Shown here: piece after piece, positions 13,401-24,051 of the stretch
Position numbering within the stretch: position 1 is the first letter of the stretch
Layout of the letters: every line of letters starts with the position of its first letter
From: Naegleria gruberi
Lineage: Eukaryota
Assembly (NCBI GenBank): GCA_000004985.1
Contig: GG738904.1
Reading direction: 5' to 3' (one strand)
DNA: 64,000 bases
Translations under genes and position numbers: made by a program
Notes under the pieces: generated by a model
What the model was told of the DNA's origin: nothing
Database searches by the model: none
Seen by the model: the letters and a program-made list of their open reading frames with translations, nothing else

Positions 13401-16400
13401 TACAATGAAAGAAAGTCACAAATCCAACTTTTCAAGAGAGTTGAAACTCAAACACCATCCATTTTGAAAGCCTTTGGTGAGGTTTATAACAGATGGAAGG
13501 AACTTCTTGATCAACTCAAGAGTGAAGATTCTGCTTCAAATATTACCTTGAGAGATTTGTTCCCTAATTACACCTCTTTGCTATGTGCTCTCGGTGGTGT
13601 ATGCATTCAAGATACAAAGGATGAAGATTCAAGCTTTGTTCTTGATTTCTTAAAGCCAGAGGCAACAAGTGCCAATAATGTTGACAGTTATATGGATGAC
13701 TTGATGAAACAAGTTATTTCAGACGATGTCAATGTCAGACAAATGGTAACCATCTCTGTTTCTACTGATTTATCACCAAGTCTTTTCACTAAATTGTTCA
13801 CTGCCATGAAGGCTTCAGTTCAAGAACAATTCGGACAAACATTTGTTATTAGTCAAAAGAATAACTTACTTGTTGATCAATATCTTCACATTCTCAAGAC
13901 AATTGTTGAAAATCCAGATACTAATACTGATCTTTCTCTTGCTCAAGAAATTGATTCCATTACTGATCTCTTTGCTAACTATTGTACACACAGCGAATTT
14001 GATAACAAGGATGTCCTTGAGTTGAAGAAGAAATTATGTCAATTCCTTGAAGTTTTGATGAGCAAAGTTGAATACTTGACTTTCAAGAACATTGAAGAAC
14101 AAAAGTTGAGAAGAACAATCATTGGTCACGTTATGGAATGGACAACTGATTCTGTCTTTAAAGAAAAGACATCAACCGGAGCAAGTGTATCAACTCCTCG
14201 TGTTGCTTCTGAGGCTCCTCTTCTAGAAAACAATTCCCAAGTTTCAACTGAAGTCAAGAAACTCTACACCGATCTTGATTTGTTGTGCATGAAGGCATGT
14301 ACTTCCCTTATCAATGGTATGGTTATTGCAAACGATGAAAAAGGAAGAGAAGAATATTCAAAATACTTTGCTTTCTTATTGAGATTCCTTGAAAAGGCTA
14401 AAGACAGTACTTTTACAGCTACAATTTACAAGGCCTTCTCTAGATTATTGCAAACAAACGTCAGTTTTGGTCTTGAGTATTACATGTCAAAGGTCTACGA
14501 TAATAATAACACTATTAGATCAACATTCTTGGGATTGCTATCTGAATTGATCAAGAAGGGACTTTTGGTTGAAGAAGAAGAAAAAAATAAGCAAGACAGA
14601 GTTTCTATTTCTGAATACCAAGAAATTATCAACAAACTTGTCTTTACCAATAGAAAGAGAGCTCTTTTTGCACTTTTTGATAAGTGCAAGAATCCAGAAA
14701 AAGATGATTTGTGTGAAGCTGTTATTAGAGTTTATCAATCAAAGGGTGAAATTGATAAGAATTTATTAGATTTGTTCCGTCAAAGTGTTACCAGAGAAGT
14801 TGCAACCACACCAAAATCACAACCTGAAACTCTTTTCAGAGCTAACTCAACCTCTACTAAACTCTTAAAGAAGTACTGTTTGAGAGTCAGTAACCCATAC
14901 TTGACAACTGTTATTGGTGGGTTCATCGATACTATGTGTACTAAGCCAACCAAATTTGAAATCGATCCACTGAAGGCTCAACAAAGAGGAGAAAGCGTTG
15001 AAGAAAACGTTGAAAATATTCTTGAAGTATTACAAGAATTTATTGACTGCCTCTGTGATTCAGTCCAACAAACACCTTACACCTTCAGAATGTATTGCAG
15101 ATATTTGTACGAAGAAGTTGGTAAGAAATTCACTAAACCAGATGATGACAATGATGAACAATTTGACTTTAAATATATTGCAGTTGGTGGTTTCTTAATT
15201 TTGAGATTGATTTGTCCAGCCATCACTTCTCCACATTTGTATGGTTTGTCAGGAAGTGATATTCCTGCTGACTCTAGACGTTATGCAATCATTCTTACAA
15301 AGTTGGTTCAAAACTTGGCAAACGGTATTGTTGACTCCAAGAAGGAAGAATTCATGAAGAATTTTGTTGATATTATTAGACTTAATCTTAACAAGATTCA
15401 AACCTATTTTGAAAAGATTGCTGCTCCAATAGTTGAAAATGAAGAAGTTTTGAGAATTGAAGAAACAGTCACTGAAGATGAATTGAAGGAAGCATATGAA
15501 GTTCTCTATAGATTCTTCTATAACTATGCTGATACATTGAGAGAAGAATTAAGTTCACTCTATGATGATATTGAAGATGAGGAAAAGGAAGTATTGGAAG
15601 AAGTTGATATCAATGAAAAGCCATCCTCTAAACAAAACGGTAAATCTCTCAATGATCTCTTAGAAAAGGCTATTGAACAATTTGGTAAACCAGCTGAAGA
15701 AGAAAAAACAGGAAGAAGACTTTCTGTAAAGCTTAGCAAGGATGATGAGTTCTCCAATCCATTACTTAAGGAATTGCTCAGAAAGAATGAAAAGAAAGAT
15801 ACCTCAAAGATTGCTGAAATGAAATTCTTCTCTATCAGTGAACACAAGAATGCTAAGAATCAACGTATAGTTTATTTCATTCCTTACAATTTGGATTTGA
15901 CTAGATTCTCTCTTGATTTATACTTGTACTATGTTCTCAAGAGTATGGAAACCATTTGGAAGGAACCTTATATCATTGTTGTAGATTCTACCTTCTTGAC
16001 AAAGAAATTTGATATTCGTTTGTCTGTATTTATTCAACTTTCCAAACACATTCCACAAGGTGCAAAGAAGAATCTTCAAGAAATTTACTTGGTTAACCCA
16101 AATACATTCTTCAACAAGACCACTAAGAAGCTTGTCTCCATGTTAAGTCATAATCGTTGGAAGGTCATTACTACCAGCTCTTTGCCAGCTGTCACTGACC
16201 AAAAATCAAAGACTCCAACCTCAAAGGATCCATTAGAACTTGTCAAACCTGAACATTCTATGCTTCCATCTCTCACTCAACAATTGTATGAAAAGAGTGA
16301 AATAATATATAATACTGAAGTTGTTCTTGCTTCTCATACAACTGATTGTGAAATTAGACTCTTTGATCAATACATGTTTATTGTTATCAAGGGAGAAAAG

Positions 16401-19337
16401 TTTATTAATAACAAGGTACCAGCAGATTGTTTGGAACATGTCAATGTAACAAAGATTGCCAATATTGCTGTAAAGAAGTCATTGTTTGGTAAATCAAGCA
16501 AGGCCACTAAAGATTTTGTTGTCAAGTATATTGATGATGAAGATGCTGAAGCAGCCTACAACTTTAGAGCTCAAACCATTGAAGAAAGAGACCAAATTAT
16601 GCAAGGTATTAGAAACTATGTTGAAAGAAAATCAAGAGGAACAAAGACTGGAAAATCTCTTGAACGTGAATTTAAGAGACTTAAACTTCAAGATGTACCA
16701 GGTCAACTCCTTGCTATTTCATTCTTCAATCTCGATTCTAAACACACTCCAATTAGAGCTAGTGCTTATTCGTTACTTGCTTCTATCTTTGAACAAGTCA
16801 AGATTTCTTCTCATGGTTTGATTTTAGAAAGTGATGCTGCTTATGTTCCAAGAAATACTGAAAATACTGTTTTGAGAATTAGTGAATACGTTGCCAGAAA
16901 TAAGCCTGAACTCACTTTAGAATTCATTTGTGAAGCTCTCAATGCCTTCAAGACAATCCAAGGAAATAAGTCCAAGTTGAAGTTTGCATCCTTCATCCTC
17001 CCATGGCTCGATAACTTGTCAAGATTTGAAATTTCTACTAGTGTTGATGAAGTTGATGAAAAGACCGAAACAATTAAGAATTGGTTCGAAAACTTTACCA
17101 AACTCTGTATTGCCAATGAAGAAATCTATCCAAAATTACAAAATGTTTGGAAGCACGTCTGTAAACTCTCTTTGCCACTCATTAGAATTGCTATTGAGAG
17201 TGTTATCAAACAAGGTACAACAAGTGAAATGCTCATGAATGGAGAACAATCTATTATTGGCGATATTTTAGGAACTATTTTGTTGCACTCACCTCTTCAA
17301 TGGAATGTGGCTCAATTTATCATTAACAAGATTGTTGAACCACTCATGACAGAGGAATTGAATATTGACCTTTTGAACAAAGCAACAGTTAAAGAGTTGG
17401 TGAAATCAAAAGATATTCTAGGCAAGATTCCAGTTTACATGTCTTATCTCCTTATGTTGTCTTTTAATAGTCAAATCAATTTGTTAGAGAATTTGCCATA
17501 CGTACTCTTTATTATTTCTCTCTTCTTGGGTGTTGGTTCAGATACCTACTTGAGATCAATTGTTTATGGTATTTGTTGTAACTGTGTTCACTCCCTTGTT
17601 TTGGAATTGCCAGCATGTGAACAATTTGAGCATGTAAGAGCCAAATTGCAAAAGCTTCATTTGAGAGTTCTTGAAAAGGACATCAAGTCAAGTTTCATGG
17701 GTGGTGAACATGAACCACAACCTTTTGCCTCATACTCTGATTTTGTCAATAAGGTTTCACAAGGAAAGGTAACATTCGATGAAACTACCATGTACAAGTA
17801 TGAAGATATCATGAGATACTTTAAGGAAATCATTGAATGCTTTGACTTTAGTTACGATAGCCTTATTCAAGCTAGGGGTAAGACTTTGAAATCTCAATTT
17901 GGTTCTACCATTATAACCTCATCCAAGGCAACTCATAGTGTTATTGAAGAATCATCTGAAAATTCCAAGGATATGGATGAAGATGGTACAGAAAATGATA
18001 TGACAGAAGGAGAAGTTGATGATGAGCATAACGGTTCTAATCCAAGCACTAGCACCTCAGATATCGTTAAATCTGGCAGTGATACCATCAAGAGTGTTTG
18101 GTTGAAGATCTTTACCAACTTATGTAAGGATACCATGAAGACAGCCAATCTCTTATTGTTCCCTAAATCTTTAATCTCATTCAGTATTATTTCCACCTCA
18201 GAACAATCATATGATATGATTCCATTTGTTCTTAACTTTATTGGTAAGCGTGGTGTTGAAACTCTCTCCGAAAATGAGCTAATGTTGTCTGTTCTATTGT
18301 CAATTAACCAATTCTGTATTAATATGGTTGTTGAAAAGGATAGAATTGAAACTTTGAGAAAGATTATTATCTTTGGATTCTTCTTGTTGACCATTGCCAA
18401 CACAAAGATTTATTCTGCTGTAACCAAGTTGCTCAGTACAGTTTTTGCCATTCTTTTTGAAGCTAGAGATATTCATGACGGTTTCTTGTCTATTGGTGAT
18501 TACTTTAATCAAGTTTTCAGATCTGACTACTCCAAGTACCTATCCATCACTAAAGAATTTGAAGAAACTGTTGGACTTTCATTTGGCCAACACTTCTCAT
18601 TCACCGTTTCTCTTCTTCTCATGAAGGGACTTGCTATTGATGACTCCACCATTAGAAAGGCAACTATTTCTCTCCTCAAACAAATCCTCTCTATCAGTTA
18701 CAAACTCAAGTTTGAACCACAAAACCAACTAGGCTTTATTGCTGCTTTAATTCCATTCGATAAGCAGTACAACTCTGTATTATATAGTGAACAACTCTAT
18801 TCTGAAAGCATGTTCACTAAGGAAACTGTTTTCCTCTTCCAAAAGTACCTCTTTAGCATTACTGCATCCAACATTGATCTTGATAGCTGTGCTTCTGTTT
18901 ATAGATCACTTGCAAGAGGTTTTGAAGCCATTCCTGATACTTTTGCAGATGTTTTCCAAGATCACCACAGTATGTCTCAAGTCATTAAGGTATACACCTC
19001 CTCTCAAGATGATACTATCATTGAACATAGTTTGAATCTTTTCAAGATTATGAGTAATAATGCCAAATCAAAGAAACTTCAAGTTAAGGAACCATTTGCT
19101 GATTATGGATTCAAAGGTTTCCGTGATCAAACTACATTCCAAACCACTAAGGATGACTTGAAGAAGAAATGTCAAAAGACTTTGATTACATTCTTAACTG
19201 AAAACTTTAATGAACAAGAATATCCATCCATGGATTCTGTAATTATTTCCAAGACTGGTATGAAGAAATCATTCCTTAAAGCCGCCTCTTCAAGTCCAGT
19301 TGTAAGACAAGCATCAGGAACAAACTTTAAGAAATAA
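10442..19337 (+). CDS. NF1: Neurofibromin (NF1) orthologue, RasGAP with Sec14-like region, about 2866 aa; join(10442..10636,10861..10986,11058..19337)
   Basis: The RasGAP signature reads FLRFLEKAKD...FRMYCRYLYEEVGKKF...IAVGGFLILRLICPAITSPHLYGL, matching the FLRxxxPAIxSP finger and switch region. Downstream blocks align closely to human NF1, for example TLEFICEALNAFKTIQGNKSKLKFASFILPWLDNLSRFE and YMSYLLMLSFNSQINLLENLPYVLF. Two 5' introns have GTAAGT donors and ..ATAG/..AATAG acceptors. The third exon is a single 8.3-kb ORF. Confidence 0.85.
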
Positions 19338-19465
19338 AATTTTTATCATAATTCTTTGAATTCAAGAACAATATTTTTGCAATGTTATACATATCTCCTT
19401 ACTAAATATTGATATATTATCTTAAGCACAAATATTATTCATTAGAATATTATTTATTTAAAAAA

Positions 19466-20112
19466 ATGTCAAAACCAACTTTGAATATTTGCCTGTTGGG
19501 AAATGTTGATTGTGGAAAATCAACACTGACAGGAAAATTATTAGAAGTTATCGGAGGTGATTCTTCCTATTCTGAAAAGATTAAAAAATCAACTAGTAAG
19601 AATTTTGTCGAGTCAAAAAATCATTTCTTGAATTTAATGGATGTTTGGGGTATGTGGAATTAATTGTGATTAAAATTGAAAAGTATTGATTTAAAGTGGA
19701 TCAATACCTCCTGCTGGAAGTAGCAAAGGTATTTGAGGAAGATTCGAACAAGGGTATTAGAAATATAGTGATAATTGTATTGGATGCCTCGTCAGGTGGA
19801 TATGAGGCCGGCCTTAGTCAACTAAAACATCTCTTGCTATTTTTGAAAACTCTGGAAGGTATTATGCATAACAAACAATTTATATTTTGTGTGAATAAGA
19901 TGGATCACTCAAGTGTTAATTATTCTGAATTGAGATTTAAAGAAATTGTCAATGAAGTATCTAGAATGGTCACTCGGCTTGGATTCTCACAACCACCACC
20001 ACAATTCATTCCAATATCCTCACTGAAATGCGAAAATATTTTAGAAAATTGTGAAAACATGAGTTGGAATGCAAGTCAACCTTCACTACTGGATGTTATA
20101 AACTCATTGTAG
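19466..20112 (+). CDS. EF1A/eRF3/HBS1-like translational-GTPase G domain only, degenerate, about 199 aa; join(19466..19649,19697..20112)
   Basis: The N-terminus NICLLGNVDCGKSTLTGKLLEVIGG matches the EF1A P-loop region. VIIVLDASSGGYEAG...FIFCVNKMD matches EF1A through the NKMD G4 motif. The end ...MSWNASQPSLLDVINSL corresponds to the end of the EF1A G domain. The switch I region is missing. DxxG with the catalytic His (DAPGH in EF1A) is replaced by DVW-V across a 47-nt GTATGT..TTAAAG intron. Domains II and III are absent. Confidence 0.5.
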
Positions 20113-20335
20113 CAAAAATCTTTCATGTTCCTGCCAGGAATTGAACCCCGGACTTTCTAAAATGGTCCGTTGTAAAATTCTACAGTTTTCAAAATAAATC
20201 AAGAGTATACATTTTTCGCAAAGTTTAATCTCTTGATAGTTAGTAATCTGAAAGGGAATCTTCACCTATTTATCTCTCAGTTTTCATAAAGAAAAATATA
20301 TAAAACAAAATGATAATCAGCTGAGGATAGATTTG

Positions 20336-21073
20336 ATCTTTTCAATGACATTTTTTCTATTGCCACATCAACTGTTGAAAATATTGATTCCTCTTTAATG
20401 TTTGAAATGCTTCTTGCTTTGAAGAATGATGACACTAGTATTTTGTGGGAAAATATGTATCAATCCATTCTCAAACTTCATCAATTGTTGGCCGCCGAAA
20501 GTGTTTCAAACTCATTCTCTAGAATGGTAAAAGATTTGGTTAAAAACAAGTATGAATCAATTGGATGGACCAATGTACCAGGAGCAGATGAAGATGAGGA
20601 AAATCTTGATGAATTACGTCCATCTCAATTTGGCCTGTCGTTTTGGTCTCACTGAATGTGTCACTGAAGCCTTTAAACGTTATCAAGAAAGAAACTCAAC
20701 CATTATTCCTCCAATTCTTCGTAATGCTGTTTATAGAGCTGTTGTTTCTAATGGTGGAGAACGTGAATATTATCAAATTTTGAATCAATTCAAAGCTGAG
20801 CAAGATTCTGTGGAAAGAACCAAGTTAGTGTATGCAAGATTCCACTCTTGCAAACGACCTTGGATTTGGCCCTTTCTCCACCATGTTAAGCCACAAGATA
20901 GTATCTTCCTTATTAGAGAAGTTGCAAGAAATGTACCAAGTGGACCAAACGTTGCTTTTGTCAGAACTAGATATGATGCCATTCTCTCAAAATGTGGACA
21001 AGATCAAGTCAGTAATAGATTATCATATGGGGTTGGTTCTCTATTCACTAATATCTTTGAAAGGGATGAATAG
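20336..21073 (+). pseudogene. C-terminal fragment (domain IV, about 230 aa) of an M1-family aminopeptidase (ERAP/PSA-like), frameshifted and lacking the catalytic N-terminal 550 aa
   Basis: Two overlapping ORFs in different frames, 20398..20655 and 20552..21073, together align to the M1 aminopeptidase C-terminus. Matching blocks include ESIGWTN.PGADEDEENLDELRPSQ, LACRFGLTECVTEAFKRYQER and IPPILRNAVYRAVVSNGGEREYYQILNQFK. A single +1 frame change lies near 20625-20635. No HEXXH or GAMEN region exists upstream, where the GTPase-like gene sits instead. Confidence 0.6.
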
Positions 21074-21103
21074 ATTCAATATTTTGCTCCAAATATTGAA
21101 AAA

Positions 21104-21688
21104 TTGAGCATGAAGCATTATTATATTAGTGGAATGAAACAATTAACATTACTTAATATTGGGAACAATCAAATTGGTGTAGAAGGATCCAAATTCATAC
21201 ATGAAATGAAACAATTAACATCACTTGATATATATTATAATGAAATTGGTGTAGAGGGATCCAAATTCATAAGTGATATGAAACAATTAACATCACTTAA
21301 TATTAATTACAATCGAATTGGTGATGAAGGAGCCAAATTTATAAGTGAAATGAAACAATTAACATCACTTGATATTTATAACAATGAAATTGGTGTTGAA
21401 GGAGTCAAATCAATAAGTGAAATGAAACAATTAACATCACTTAATATCAGTGGAAATCAAAGTGGTGCCGAAGGAGTCAAATTAATAAGTGAAATGAAAC
21501 AATTAACATCACTTAGTATTAATTACAATCGAATTGGTGATGAAGGAGTCAAATTAATAAGTAAAATGAAACAATTAGCATCACTTGATATTAGTGGAAA
21601 TGGAATTGGTGATGAGGGAGCCAAATTAATAAGTGAAATGAAACAATTAAAATCGCTTAGTATTCATAACCAACAGATGTTTAAGTAA
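21104..21688. repeat. Tandem 72-nt coding repeat array (LRR units)
   Basis: The core gaaatgaaacaattaacatcacttgatat recurs about every 72 nt. Confidence 0.8.
21110..21688 (+). CDS. RNI-like leucine-rich-repeat protein, 24-aa repeats, apparently lacking an F-box; paralogue of the 38442..39115 gene
   Basis: Eight tandem 72-nt units encode ..MKQLTSLDIxxNxIGxEGxKxISE.. The units are nearly identical at nucleotide level to the repeats at 38790..39115. ATG is at 21110, directly after the aminopeptidase fragment. Confidence 0.55.
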   Translation: MKHYYISGMKQLTLLNIGNNQIGVEGSKFIHEMKQLTSLDIYYNEIGVEGSKFISDMKQLTSLNINYNRIGDEGAKFISEMKQLTSLDIYNNEIGVEGVKSISEMKQLTSLNISGNQSGAEGVKLISEMKQLTSLSINYNRIGDEGVKLISKMKQLASLDISGNGIGDEGAKLISEMKQLKSLSIHNQQMFK

Positions 21689-21793
21689 AATCCAAAAAAA
21701 AGGATTTGGCCAGACTCTGCCTCACACTCATTATAATAACTGTTAAGATTCTACTCTTTTTTTTTACTTAATGTATCTAAATCTCTGCCCATT

Positions 21794-23454
21794 CTATCCT
21801 AAGGTGTGAACTCCTTGTTGCGAATTAAATGGTGCTTCGGTTGATGTTGTTGGGTTATCATCTTGTGCAATAGGTGTGGTGGCTGTTGATTCAGTTGCAT
21901 AATTTGTAGTTGCATTGGATTGTGAACTGCTTGTGGCACTACTATCAACAGGTGTTGTAATGTTAGTGTTAGCAGCAGGTTGTGTCATGGTATTGATTAT
22001 CCTTGGTTTGACATCTTCCAAAAGGGTTGGAATAGATTGAGAAAGTTCCTTCTCTGTTAACTCCCACAACTTTGGAAGAAAGTCTGAATACTTCAATATT
22101 ATTCATTACAAGTATCATATTCTTCAACAATTCTGGAAGAGCCTCCCTCAAATGATCACTCTTTGGTTTGACGAGTAAAAAGTTGTACATAACTTGAAGA
22201 ATGGTGAGCCACAATGAAGAGAAACCATTATCTTGTTGACTTTCAGTATTATTCACAGGTAACATTCTTGGTAAAAAGTGCAGGAATATTCTAGCAAGTA
22301 AGTTGTTGGCTCTGACCCTAAGCTCTTCTAAAGAGGAAATATCCATTTCTGTATTGTGATTGGTTTGATATTCAGTTGTCTTTGGTTTGAGTGTGAGAAG
22401 AGTTTGGAAAAATGTCTTGAGCAATACACGATCCATACACATCATTAAGAGTTGATCATTGAGGAGATATTTTAGATTTTGTGAGTCTTCTTGGTTGGCA
22501 GTGAATGAATATCTGAAATCACAACTATAAACAAGAGATCTTTGTAAGGTTGAAAGTGCTTGGGTTCTAATATCTCTTTGGAGGTGGCTCAACATTTGAA
22601 TTTGACTATTATTCAATTGTGACATTAGTAAGTTCAGAACATTGACCGGTCCACTAGTGTTAATGCCACCAGTGCAACACAATACTGCTATACCTTCAAG
22701 AATTGAAAGCCAAGCATTGATCCACTTGTTATCCAATTTGATGACGTTTTGGGATGAGTTAGCAGATGAATAGGCAATGGATACAATTCTCTTCAAAATT
22801 TCCATAACCAAATTTTCCAAAATGATTAAAATGTCCATTGTGAGAGCCATAAGCTTTTTAAGGGTGGATACAAATTGTTGGGAGCTATTGCTTCCATTGG
22901 AGGTGTTTTGAATATTTACATTTGTTGTAATGGAAGAACTCAAAACGGACAAGATACTTTGGACAATGTTGGGAAATTATCAGGAACAACAAACCATAAC
23001 CCGAAATGAGTAGTATCATCCTGTAATGTAGAGTATTGAAAACTGAGAGTAAGTACATCTAATGATCTGGTAATTAATTGTAATGGTTGTGAAGGTTTGA
23101 TGGATGTGAAGAGTGAGCTATTAGGATTATTATTTATCCATGAGGAGGAAACGTTGGAAATACTTCTCAAAATCTTGAAAACTAAATGATCCCACAAATC
23201 TACAATAAGTCTTGATGAGCTATCAGTAAATATTGTGGAAGGATTAAGATTGGTAGCATTTGTACGATCTTGAATTTGGTAGCCATTGGTGAGAGTAGAG
23301 TTTCACCTTGTCTCGACAAGAACATGTGAATCATAGGAAGTAAACTATTATGGAAAACACCCAACATGGTTTCACTCCATTGCTTACCAAGGTTATCAAT
23401 AAGGACAGAGCATTTCTTTTTGACCAATCTCCCATTCTGCTTGATTTTCAACAC
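21794..23454 (-). pseudogene. Fragmentary minus-strand gene (helical protein of unknown family) with at least three frame discontinuities; pseudogene or poorly assembled
   Basis: Consecutive minus-strand ORFs 23200..23454, 22940..23197, 21969..22952 and 21794..22096 abut in different frames. The break at about 22100 cannot be bridged by any GT..AG intron of at least 40 nt, since only a 19-nt candidate exists. The 5' end runs into the next plus-strand gene, so no start is visible. Confidence 0.35.
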
Positions 23455-24051
23455 TATTGAATTGGGTAATGTTGCTTGGTCATTCTTGTTCTGATTGGTT
23501 GATTATTTGTTACTGGGAGTGGGCTGTTTCTATCGCTACCAGAACTAGTACCGAAAGGATTGGATGAACCTACAGATGGTGGAGCATTATGTACTTACAA
23601 GGAAAAGTCAAAAGTTTCTTGACTACTTTGGGAAAGAATGAATCTTTTGGAAGATTGGAAGAATTTACAATTGGAATGTATGTCGAGGCAACAGAATTGC
23701 AAAAATTGAAGAAATCTCTCAAACGTTTGACTCGAGTTAAATCTGAAGAGAATGACTGTTAGGTCCGTTATTAACTTGGTAAATGGATTGAATGGTACTG
23801 ATTGGTTGGTATAATTGCAAAATGGAAATCATTAATTTGTAAACGTGTATACTGTAAACATAATTCCAAATAAGTTTCAATCTTTCGCAACCAGTATTTC
23901 TATTCAAATTATTATTAATCAAAACATCACACAATAAATCCAAACAGAAGAGGGAAGTATCAAAGTCTCTTTCATAATAGTAATAGGTTGCATTTTGTTG
24001 TTGTTTTCAATGTGAACAAGTGAGGAGCAGAATGAATGTGCCAATTAAAAA

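Noticed and set aside
2186-19035. Numerous 60-160-aa ORFs on the strand opposite the large USP and NF1 exons, for example 2186..2377, 12240..12431 and 17933..18403
   Set aside because: They are antisense reading frames inside long, well-supported coding exons. They have low-complexity composition and are typical AT-rich spurious ORFs.
20120-20200. tRNA-like B-box on the minus strand (GGGGTTCAATTCCTGG) just downstream of the GTPase-like ORF
   Set aside because: The putative T-stem has a mismatch. No complementary 5' acceptor strand, D-arm or 7-nt anticodon loop could be built from the flanking sequence. At best it is a tRNA-derived remnant.
21104-21688. Regular 72-nt periodic repeats that superficially resemble a CRISPR array
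   Set aside because: The repeats are in-frame coding units of a eukaryotic LRR protein. There are no unique spacers and no cas genes, and the context is eukaryotic.
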